Source: Gammaproteobacteria bacterium
GTDB lineage: Bacteria; Pseudomonadota; Gammaproteobacteria; Ga0077536
Reading direction: 5' to 3'
Assembly: GCA_965223085.1 (NCBI GenBank)
Contig: OZ244981.1
Location: 4,550,559-4,614,558 of the forward strand
DNA: 64,000 bases
Positions 1 to 7,287 of this stretch are shown piece by piece. How positions within the stretch are numbered: the first letter of the stretch is position 1; each line of letters begins with the position of its first letter. Below the pieces are notes generated by a model. That model was given only the letters and a program-made list of their open reading frames with translations, did not search any database and was not told where the DNA came from. The translations under genes and the position numbers were made by a program.

Positions 1-1
1 C

Positions 2-211
2 GCGCTGTCGGTACCACCGGGCTGCTGTCGCGCCTTCAAAAATATGTCCTCGGAGCTCGGGATTGTGCACGTCATCATTAGCGGTGGCGTCCACGATATG
101 AACGACATCGCCTTTCACCCGGCGCTCGGGGAAACGATCAAACGCGAGGCACCTCAGTTTTGGCAGGCGCTCCATCAAAAGGGGGTGTCATTTAGCGCCG
201 GACAGCCGTGA
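2..211 (+). CDS. Cupin-domain protein, 3' part only (runs off the window start)
   Basis: Open frame 2-211 translated by hand: ALSVPPGCCRAFKNMSSELGIVHVIISGG...SAGQP*. The VPPG...F-x-N segment resembles cupin motif 2. Not in the ORF track because no start codon is in the window. Confidence 0.5.
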   Translation, partial: ALSVPPGCCRAFKNMSSELGIVHVIISGGVHDMNDIAFHPALGETIKREAPQFWQALHQKGVSFSAGQP

Positions 212-234
212 CTCAAAGCGGGCTCTCCTTGCGT

Positions 235-2199
235 TCAGCGAGCTTCGGAACCGCTCCAGTGCGGCACGCAGCGCCGCTTCATCATGCCGCGGAACTCCGC
301 GGTCGTGTTGGCAAGGAGCTCGCCGCTCCCCCAATCGACAATCACTCCGTACTGGCGCACGAGGTCGAAAGCGTCGAGCTCACCGGCGCGGTAGCGTTCC
401 GCAACGCGCTCGGGATCTTCTTCGAGCCATGCGACGCGCTCGGCTGCGATGCGCGCTCGCTCGGCGCGAGTGGCCGCCTCGTCGATTTCGTATTGGGCGA
501 GATCGGCATCGATGGTGCGAATGACGACGCCGTAGTCTTTTTTGGCGCGTTCGATCGACACATAGTCATCGGCGACATCGTCTAAGACGCGGAGCGGATC
601 GCGGGTCAAGGGATCGCCGTAGCCGCCGCCCCCGGCCGTGCCGCGGCGAAATTGATCGCCTCGCGTCACCGGAACATCCGAGAACACGGCGCCCAAGAAG
701 TGCTCTTCGCCGGCCCGCGTCAGCCAAAGACCGTGGGGCCGCGACGGAAGACCGCCCTCGATACCCCACACCACCGAGCGTTCGCGATCGCAAAAATAGG
801 AGATCACGGTCTTTTCGGCGTCGAGCAGCGTGCTGTCTTTGTCGGCTCCTACGCCACCGCGGTAGCAACCCGGGCCACCACTATCGGTCACGATTTCAAA
901 GCGATCGGTCTGAATCGGGCAGAGGCGCTCCTGCCCCTCGACGGGTTGAATCATCAGACCCACGCCAAAACACGATGCGGTCACACCGAGGCCGTCTTTG
1001 CGGTTGCGGCCGCCCCAACCGCCCGCGAGCCAGTCGTAGAGCATGAAGTAGGAGCGGTCTTTGGCGCGGCCGTCGAAGCCGCCCGTCTGCAGGTACTCGA
1101 TGTTAAAGGAGCACGCCATCGCGCGCTCGGGCATGATGCGCGACCACAGCTCAAAGGCGCAGTTCATGATCTTTTCAAAGGGCATGACAAAGCCGGTGAC
1201 GGCGACCGGCCAGCGCGCGCTCACGATCGTGTCTTGTGGCGCGACGACATCGACCACGCGGTAGAAGCCGGAATTCAGCGGGATATCGGGAAAGAAGGTC
1301 TTGATCCCCGAAATAACGCCCGCGTAGGTCGCCCCAAAAGCCGAATTGTAAAGACAATTGATTGTCGACGAGGAGCCTGTGAAGTCGCAGCTGATTTGAT
1401 CGCCGCGGATCGACATCTTCATGCGAATGGGGATCAGCCCCTCCTCGCTCGTGGGGTCCTGGTCGACATAGTCGACCGTTTCCCAGCTGCCGTCGGGGAT
1501 CTCGGCGATGCGCCTGCGCACGACGCGCTCGACGTAGTCCTGCACCTCGGCCATCGCCGCCACCACGGTCTCGCGACCATACTTTTCGACCAGCCGCAGC
1601 ACTTCGCGTTCGGCGAGGCGACAGGCTTCGCTTTGCGCCTCCATGTCGCCCAAGATGGCGTCGGGATCACGAGTGTTTTTCGCGATGAGCTTCGCCACGT
1701 CGAGACGGCGTTCGCCCTTGCCCCAAATCCGCACCGGCGGGATGCGAATCCCTTCTTTGAACATGTCCTTCGCCGTCACATCGAAGGAGCCGGGCACGCT
1801 GCCGCCCATATCGGCCCAGTGACCGTTGGCCTGGGTCCAGGCGATCAGATGGCCCTCGTGAAAGACCGGTAGCACGACGCGGGTATCGCTGAAGTGGGTG
1901 CCGCCAACGTAGGGATCGTTCACCAAGAAGATATCACCGGGATGAATGTCGCCCTCGAATTCCTCGATGACCGCCTTGCAGGTGTGGTGGAGCGTTCCGA
2001 CGTGGGCGGCGAGGTCCTGGTTGCCTTGCGCGACCGTATTGCCCTCGGCGTCGCAAAGCGCGTTTGAAAAATCGCGGTTGTAAACGACAAAGGAGTAACA
2101 GGTGCGGCGCACCTGCTCGGCCATTTCATCGACCACCGTGACAAAGGCGTTTCGAAGGACTTCAAAGGTGACCGGATCGAGCCCTCGGTTGTCGCTCAT
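235..2199 (-). CDS. Hydantoinase B/oxoprolinase family subunit
   Basis: 654 aa. DPVTFEV N-terminus, SFVVYNRDFS, NDPYVGGTHFSD, HWADMGGSVPGS, GGWGG, GGGGYGDP motifs. Overlaps the upstream A subunit stop by 4 nt. Confidence 0.93.
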   Translation of the reverse strand: MSDNRGLDPVTFEVLRNAFVTVVDEMAEQVRRTCYSFVVYNRDFSNALCDAEGNTVAQGNQDLAAHVGTLHHTCKAVIEEFEGDIHPGDIFLVNDPYVGGTHFSDTRVVLPVFHEGHLIAWTQANGHWADMGGSVPGSFDVTAKDMFKEGIRIPPVRIWGKGERRLDVAKLIAKNTRDPDAILGDMEAQSEACRLAEREVLRLVEKYGRETVVAAMAEVQDYVERVVRRRIAEIPDGSWETVDYVDQDPTSEEGLIPIRMKMSIRGDQISCDFTGSSSTINCLYNSAFGATYAGVISGIKTFFPDIPLNSGFYRVVDVVAPQDTIVSARWPVAVTGFVMPFEKIMNCAFELWSRIMPERAMACSFNIEYLQTGGFDGRAKDRSYFMLYDWLAGGWGGRNRKDGLGVTASCFGVGLMIQPVEGQERLCPIQTDRFEIVTDSGGPGCYRGGVGADKDSTLLDAEKTVISYFCDRERSVVWGIEGGLPSRPHGLWLTRAGEEHFLGAVFSDVPVTRGDQFRRGTAGGGGYGDPLTRDPLRVLDDVADDYVSIERAKKDYGVVIRTIDADLAQYEIDEAATRAERARIAAERVAWLEEDPERVAERYRAGELDAFDLVRQYGVIVDWGSGELLANTTAEFRGMMKRRCVPHWSGSEAR

Positions 2200-4235
2200 C
2201 GCGCGTCTCCGATGTGGAGTCTCAAGTTACCCCAGGGATCGACTTCGCAGCGGGTGTCCGGAGGCACCGCCGTGGTCGAATCGAGTTGCTCGACGATCGC
2301 CGGGCCCTCGAGGAGCGCACCTACCACCAGCTCCGGACGCCAGTAGATCGGGGTTTCAACTGCTTCTTCCGCTTTGTCGAAATGCACGGGCCGCTTGCTT
2401 CGCGGCGTCACCGCCGTATCGGCGGCGGCGCTGCGGGCCAATTCGGCCTTGGGGGTGGTGCCGATCGCGGTGAGATTGAGGCGAAAGATTTCGATCGGCG
2501 CCTCGTCGCGGCGGTAGTTGTACTCGCGCTCGTGGGCCGCCGAGAAATCCGCGACGGCGCCTTCGACGGATGTGAACGGGGTGGCGACGGGAACCGCGAT
2601 CGAGCGCCACTGACCGAGATAGCGCATATCGATCGAGCGCTGCAGCATGATGCGGTCGGGTGCGACCCCCTCGTGGTCGAGGCGCTCGCGTGCCTCGCGC
2701 TCGAGCTCGGCGAAGGCCTCGTCTAGGTCTTTTGGATCGGCGTCGGCGGTATTCACCAGGTGGGTGAGCGCCAGGTCGTGACGAATATCCACGAGCAGGC
2801 AACCCAGGGCCGAGGTGACGCCAGGGTGGGGCGGCACGATCACGGTGGGGATGGCGAGCTCGCGGGCGAGGTCGGCGCCGTGGAGGGCACCCGCGCCGCC
2901 AAACGCCACCAGCGCGAAATCGCGCGGATCGTGGCCGCGCATGATCGACACCAAGCGCACGGCGTCGGCCATGTTAGCGTTGGAGACGCGCAAGATGGCT
3001 CGCGCGGCCTCGCTAACGCTCTGCCCCAGCGGCCCAGCGACGTGTTCGCGGATCGCGGCTTCGGCCCGGGCGCTGTCGAGTACCAAGTCGCCACCCACCA
3101 GCTGCGCGCCGAGGCGCCCCAAGAGGAGGTTGGCATCGGTGTTGGTGGGGAGCTCCCCGCCGCGGCCGTAACACGTGGGCCCCGGCTCCGAGCCCGCCGA
3201 TTGCGGCCCACTTCGCAGCGATCCAGCTTCGTCGATCCAAGCGATCGAGCCGCCACCGGCCCCGATGGTTTTGACATCGATACTCGGGAAGCAGATCGGC
3301 GAGCCGTATTCGATGTGCCAATCGCGAGTGATCGTCGATTCGCAATCGAGCACGATCGAGACGTCGCAGCTCGTCCCACCCATATCGAGACCGATGGTGT
3401 TGTCGAAGCCGCAGAGGTTTCCGATATAGCGACTCGCGATGGCGCCGGCGGCGATCCCCGAACCCGCCAGGCGCCCGGCGTGTTGCGCCGCGTTTTGTGG
3501 CGTCATCACCCCGCCTCCGCTGTGCAGCAGTAAGAGGTCGTTTTGATAGCCGCCTTGGCGAAGGCTTTCGTTGAAGCGGAGCGCGTACTCGCCCACCACG
3601 GGACGAAGCACGGCATTCACGACGGTGGTGGAGAAACGTTCGTGCTCGAAGATCTCGGGAAGCACTTCTGACGAAGTCGACACCAACACATCGGGAAGTT
3701 CTTCTTCGAGGATCGCCTTCATGCGCCGCTCGTTCGCCGGGTTGGCGTAGGCGTTCATGAAGCACACGGCGACGCTCCCGACGCCCCGCTTGCGCAGCAC
3801 CCGGGCGACCTCTCGCGCTTCGATTTCGTCCACCGGGTGCACAACCTCGCCGTAGGTATCGACCCGCTCGGCCACCGGTAGCCGATCGCGGCGGCGAATG
3901 TAGGGTGGCGGGTTGTCCTGGTAGGCGTCCCAAAGATCTTCCTTCGTCGAGCGGCCGATCTCGATGACGTCGCGAAAGCCGCGGGTCACGACCATCGCCG
4001 CAGCGGGTAGGCGCCGCGTGATGAGGGCGTTGGTGGCCACCGTCGTCCCGTGGGAAAAGAGTGTGACGTCGCGGAGGTCGACGCCGGCCTTGCGCAGCGA
4101 ATCGAAGGCGCCGGCGATCGGGTCACCCGGAGTGCTCGGCACCTTGCCGACGCGAATCTCGCCGCTTCGCTCGTCGAGAACGCAAAGATCGGTGAAAGTT
4201 CCGCCGATATCGACGGCCACGCGCAGATGAGTCAC
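2196..4235 (-). CDS. Hydantoinase A/oxoprolinase family subunit (ATP-binding)
   Basis: VAVDIGGTFTD, HGTTVATNAL, DMGGTSCD, GAGGGSIA, FGGAGALH motifs. Start moved from 4454 to GTG 4235, which follows an AGGAG Shine-Dalgarno and directly precedes the first conserved motif. Confidence 0.93.
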   Translation of the reverse strand: MTHLRVAVDIGGTFTDLCVLDERSGEIRVGKVPSTPGDPIAGAFDSLRKAGVDLRDVTLFSHGTTVATNALITRRLPAAAMVVTRGFRDVIEIGRSTKEDLWDAYQDNPPPYIRRRDRLPVAERVDTYGEVVHPVDEIEAREVARVLRKRGVGSVAVCFMNAYANPANERRMKAILEEELPDVLVSTSSEVLPEIFEHERFSTTVVNAVLRPVVGEYALRFNESLRQGGYQNDLLLLHSGGGVMTPQNAAQHAGRLAGSGIAAGAIASRYIGNLCGFDNTIGLDMGGTSCDVSIVLDCESTITRDWHIEYGSPICFPSIDVKTIGAGGGSIAWIDEAGSLRSGPQSAGSEPGPTCYGRGGELPTNTDANLLLGRLGAQLVGGDLVLDSARAEAAIREHVAGPLGQSVSEAARAILRVSNANMADAVRLVSIMRGHDPRDFALVAFGGAGALHGADLARELAIPTVIVPPHPGVTSALGCLLVDIRHDLALTHLVNTADADPKDLDEAFAELEREARERLDHEGVAPDRIMLQRSIDMRYLGQWRSIAVPVATPFTSVEGAVADFSAAHEREYNYRRDEAPIEIFRLNLTAIGTTPKAELARSAAADTAVTPRSKRPVHFDKAEEAVETPIYWRPELVVGALLEGPAIVEQLDSTTAVPPDTRCEVDPWGNLRLHIGDAR

Positions 4236-4421
4236 GAGCGATCTCCTGAGATTCGGCGTTATCGGCCCAACCTTACCACGTCGATGCCCACCGATGGGCC
4301 CGGCTAAACTCGCCATGTCGTGGCGAACGACAGCGACAGCGCCGGCGTCTATTTCCTCTCCGTCGAGGACTTCGAGGCGCGACAGTCGGCGGACGGTCCT
4401 GCGGATCGCGGAAAGGGAGCG

Positions 4422-4540
4422 ATGCCTCGAGGAGAACTCAAAGAACGCCTCCACCAGCTCCGGGGCGAAATTGATTCGGGAGAAGCGCTAAACCCCGAAC
4501 GGCTCCACGCGCTTCGAGCGGCCCTTGCCGAAGACTTGGA
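4422..4540 (+). pseudogene. 5' fragment of a small helical protein (DUF4404-like), cut at the island junction
   Basis: AGGGAG RBS, ATG 4422, MPRGELKERLHQLRGEIDSGEALNPERLHALRAALAED, then the frame runs into the tandem duplication. The DUF4404 resemblance is from memory. Confidence 0.4.
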
Positions 4541-4611
4541 GCCCGGGGTCGGACCAACTCAGATGCTCGAAGACTTGGCGTGGAGCCCGGGGTCGGACCA
4601 ACTCAGATGCT
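4530..4611 (+). repeat. Imperfect tandem duplication, 2 copies of about 38-43 bp
   Basis: gaagacttgg-agcccggggtcggaccaactcagatgct at 4530-4567, repeated at 4569-4611 with an extra cgtgg. Confidence 0.9.
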
Positions 4612-4804
4612 TGATTTGTTTCTCAATCGTTCCGTAAACGCCGTCGAAAAACGTACTTAGAACGCGATTGTTTGCGGAAAACATCAATGTAAGGCACAGA
4701 AATATACGACCCCACAGCGCTGACCAAGGAAGCGAACTGTTCATAATCAGAATTCGCGGACGGTCTTTTACTTTTAGCGCTCTGTAGGTCGCGTTTCCCA
4801 CAAA

Positions 4805-5080
4805 TTAGTGCTGGCGATACAGATAGATAGCTTGGTTCGACCCCGATCCACTATCCTCCCAATCAATCACCGTGCCGCCGGTCTGGTAGGCACCCAGGCA
4901 GTGCCACAGGTTCTTCGCGGGGGTAATCACCAGGCTCGGCGTCTTGTCGTCGTGGAACGGGCAGCGGCCTATCCAGTCCTTGCCGTGTTTCTTGAGTTCG
5001 ACACCGGACGACTCAACCAGACGCGACACCGCAATGTCACTTTTGATGCGTTCGATTTCTTCTGGTGGAATGCGCGCCAC
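4805..5080 (-). pseudogene. Truncated CHC2 zinc-finger/toprim primase-like gene of an integrative element
   Basis: MARIPPEEIERIK...GRCPFHDDKTPSL...WHCLGAYQTGGTVIDW. The last Zn-ligand Cys reads Tyr, and the frame turns unrelated after VIDW and stops at 91 aa, with no toprim domain. Confidence 0.8.
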
Positions 5081-5214
5081 GGACCGACCCCCTTGGGAAT
5101 GCTGTCAATACCCTATTGGGGTTTTATTATGAAACCTAACTGAGGTATCTTTGTCAAACCCCTCCAGAAACCGGAGATAGAATCACGGCTCATGGCAACC
5201 TCATTTCTTGGCCG

Positions 5215-5546
5215 ATGAGCATCGGAGCAAACCTGATCAAACTGCGGCGCGACCGCAATCTGACCCAGCAGCAGTTGGGTTGCATGTCAATCAGATTCGC
5301 CGCTACGAAACCGGTCAGGCGCAACCCTCCATTGAGGGCTTGAAGAAAATCGCGCTGAATCTGCACATCAGTACCGATCAGTTGCTGTTTGATGACAGCG
5401 AGCGCGGGCCGACGGATGATGAGTTGAAGCTGAAATTTGAAGCCGTGCAGCGGCTCGCGCCGAAAGAGCGCAACGCCGTGCGCACCATGATCGACGGCGT
5501 TTTACTGATGGAAGACACTAAACGCTACACCGCGAGAGCAAGCTGA
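5215..5546 (+). pseudogene. XRE-family HTH regulator, frameshifted
   Basis: ATG 5215 gives MSIGANLIKLRRDRNLTQQQL. The continuation GLHVNQIRRYETGQAQPSIEGLKKIA is in another frame, with the switch at about 5277. Confidence 0.75.
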
Positions 5547-5773
5547 TGGACTATCAATCCCGCATCACCATTGAGCCCGGAAAACGTGGCGGCAAACCCT
5601 GCATTCGCGGCATGCGGATCACCGTTTACGATGTACTGGACTGGCTGGCCCAAGGCATGAGCGAAGCCGAAATTACTGAGGATTATCCCGAAATCACCGT
5701 CGAGGATATCCGCGCCTGCCCGGCCTTTGCGGCCAATCGTGAGCATCAGCTAACCGCGATCCACAGCAGCTAA
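5546..5773 (+). CDS. DUF433 family antitoxin (VapB45-like)
   Basis: RITIEPGKRGGKPCIRGMRITVYDVLDWLAQGMSEAEITEDYP, typical of DUF433. Confidence 0.88.
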   Translation: MDYQSRITIEPGKRGGKPCIRGMRITVYDVLDWLAQGMSEAEITEDYPEITVEDIRACPAFAANREHQLTAIHSS

Positions 5774-5783
5774 AAGGCGACCC

Positions 5784-6083
5784 TTGAAGCTGCTGCTGGA
5801 CCAGAATCTATCTCATCGGATACTCACCGCACTGGAACCAGTATTCCCCGGTTCCAGCCAGGTCAGCCGCCTCGATCTCGACACTGCCGACGATTACACC
5901 GTCTGGCAGTACGCAAAGGACAACGGCTTCGCCGTCGTCACCCTGGACTCCGACTTCCACGAATTGGCCACCCTCTACGGCGCACCGCGGAAAATCATCT
6001 GGCTCAAGTGCGACAATCGGCCGCGTTGGTACGTCGAAAACCTGCTGCTCAAGAACCAGGAGCCGATTGAGGCGTTTGCGTAG
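5784..6083 (+). CDS. DUF5615 PIN-like toxin (VapC45-like), probably shortened by an amber stop
   Basis: MKLLLDQNLS...ADDYTVW...VVTLDSDF...GAPRKIIWL. After TAG 6081-6083 the frame continues DDKTAVVEIY to TAA 6114-6116. Confidence 0.82.
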   Translation: MKLLLDQNLSHRILTALEPVFPGSSQVSRLDLDTADDYTVWQYAKDNGFAVVTLDSDFHELATLYGAPRKIIWLKCDNRPRWYVENLLLKNQEPIEAFA

Positions 6084-6313
6084 GATGACAAAACTGCAGT
6101 CGTCGAAATCTATTAATTTAGTCTGACCCCTATTACCGTTACCAATTACATCGCCCCCATTTCCCTTGTGTTCGTTGGCCTTTTTGAAACAAAAATGACC
6201 ACCCTACAGATTGGAATTTTTTCGCAAGTGGCTCCCTGCCGCGAAAAGTAAGCACTCCAGAAATAACCACTAATAACAGCCAAGAACCAAAAAACATCTT
6301 CAGCACCATCCAT

Positions 6314-6754
6314 CTAACGCCTTCGCCTGGCGAGTAATCGGCAACGGGTGAGTCCGGTCGATCATCTTTTTGCGCTCAGCAGGCCCGCCGTGCTGAGCGC
6401 GCTTGCTAAAAAATCGTTCTCCAAGGCAAGTTCACCGACCTTGGCGTGCAGCGCCTTGATGTCCACCGGCGGCTCCTTCGGGCCGTTACCGTCGAACGCA
6501 TCGGCCGCTCGCTCGAGCAGCTGGTTCTTCCATTGCGTGATCTGGTTCGGATGAACATCAAACTGCTGGGCGAGCTCAGCAACCGTCTTGTCACCCTGGA
6601 TCGCTGCCAACGCGACTTTCGATTTGAATACCAGCGTGTGATTCCGGCGGGGTCTTCTCGGCATGATTGCCTCCTGATAGGGAGGCCAATAACATGGCTC
6701 ATATCAGGCCCAGATTCCACTTATACCGCTGTCCGATTTTCCGGGACCACCTCT
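6314..6754 (-). mobile_element. IS3-family element, left-end stub
   Basis: Terminal repeat agaggtggtcccggaaaatcggacag at 6754, intact orfA, slippery GATTTTTTAG at 6406-6415. The -1 frame orfB start (ERKKMIDRTHPLPITRQAKAL) breaks off near 6314. Confidence 0.8.
6362..6664 (-). CDS. IS3-family transposase OrfA (HTH)
   Basis: RRNHTLVFKSKVALAAIQGDKTVAELAQQFDVHPNQITQWK...LHAKVGELALENDFL. Confidence 0.88.
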   Translation of the reverse strand: MPRRPRRNHTLVFKSKVALAAIQGDKTVAELAQQFDVHPNQITQWKNQLLERAADAFDGNGPKEPPVDIKALHAKVGELALENDFLASALSTAGLLSAKR

Positions 6755-6937
6755 GTTTTGTACCTTCCGGTGGGTTTGTTAATGACCGTGATTTTGATTG
6801 TTTCCGCGGTCCGCCTCTGCAAACGGGAACCTAAGAACTCACTTGCGACTTTGCGTATTAAAATTGACGTTGCAGTAGTCGCCACTTTCGCAATATGGAT
6901 GCTGCTAATGAATCAAGGTTACCTTTTGAGCGCATAA
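6755..6937 (+). pseudogene. 3' fragment of a small two-TM membrane protein, decapitated by the IS3
   Basis: Open frame from the IS end: VLYLPVGLLMTVILIVSAV-RLCKREPKN-...IDVAVVATFAIWMLLMNQGYLLSA*. Two hydrophobic stretches, no start of its own. Confidence 0.35.
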
Positions 6938-6949
6938 ATTCTAGGAATT

Positions 6950-7030
6950 CTGGGGACCCATTAACCAATTTTTGACGACCCACCGACCCTCTGTCATCTG
7001 AGCACACAAAATTAAGTATTGTGTCCCCAG
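6950..7030. repeat. 11-bp inverted repeat pair about 60 bp apart
   Basis: ctggggaccca at 6950-6960 and tgtgtccccag at 7020-7030, 10/11 complementary. Confidence 0.6.
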
Positions 7031-7042
7031 GTTTCCCCTCCC

Positions 7043-7070
7043 CATCATTCCGCCGTAAATCGGGATCCAG
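7043..7070 (+). repeat. REP-like palindrome, degenerate copy
   Basis: catcattccg-ccgtaaat-cgggatccag; same layout as the copy at 10267. Confidence 0.5.
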
Positions 7071-7287
7071 TAAAGCATGATCCCTTACCGATCCAGCAGA
7101 AGCCGACACGGCATCTCAATGACGAACGATCGTGGGGAACACCACAGCAAGATCATGTGCCACCGACTAAACTTTTATTGCTGGCTGCGCAAGAGAATTC
7201 TTTTTTTGAATCGGGCAGTTTGTAGGAAACCGACCGTTTCCAGCCGTTTGTCAGCCGAAAACCTGGGCGCACAAAGAGGGAATTTTT

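Noticed and set aside
652-1872. Long antisense/overlapping ORFs in the track (e.g. 652-1872, 3013-3933, 19679-20644, 34991-35947, 52426-53169)
   Set aside because: They are shadows of well-supported genes on the other strand or frame in GC-rich DNA, with no motifs or RBS.
4580-4600. gtggagcccggggtcggac as the att copy of the tRNA-Ala 3' end
   Set aside because: Only about 7 nt (gtggagc) match the tRNA end; too short to call.
4530-4611. Tandem repeat as a mini CRISPR array
   Set aside because: Only two units, with no unique spacer and no cas genes.
4589-4626. GGGGTC ends as Tn3-family inverted repeats
   Set aside because: No 38-bp similarity, no internal TAAG, no 5-bp target duplication and no Tn3 transposase.
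4737-4764. gttcataat as a dif/Xer site
   Set aside because: It resembles one XerC arm only; the sequence after a 6-bp spacer does not match a XerD arm.
6146-6313. 55-aa minus-strand ORF (MDGAEDVFWFL...) next to the IS3 break
   Set aside because: Two frames are open and neither has recognisable features or an RBS; at most a gene fragment.
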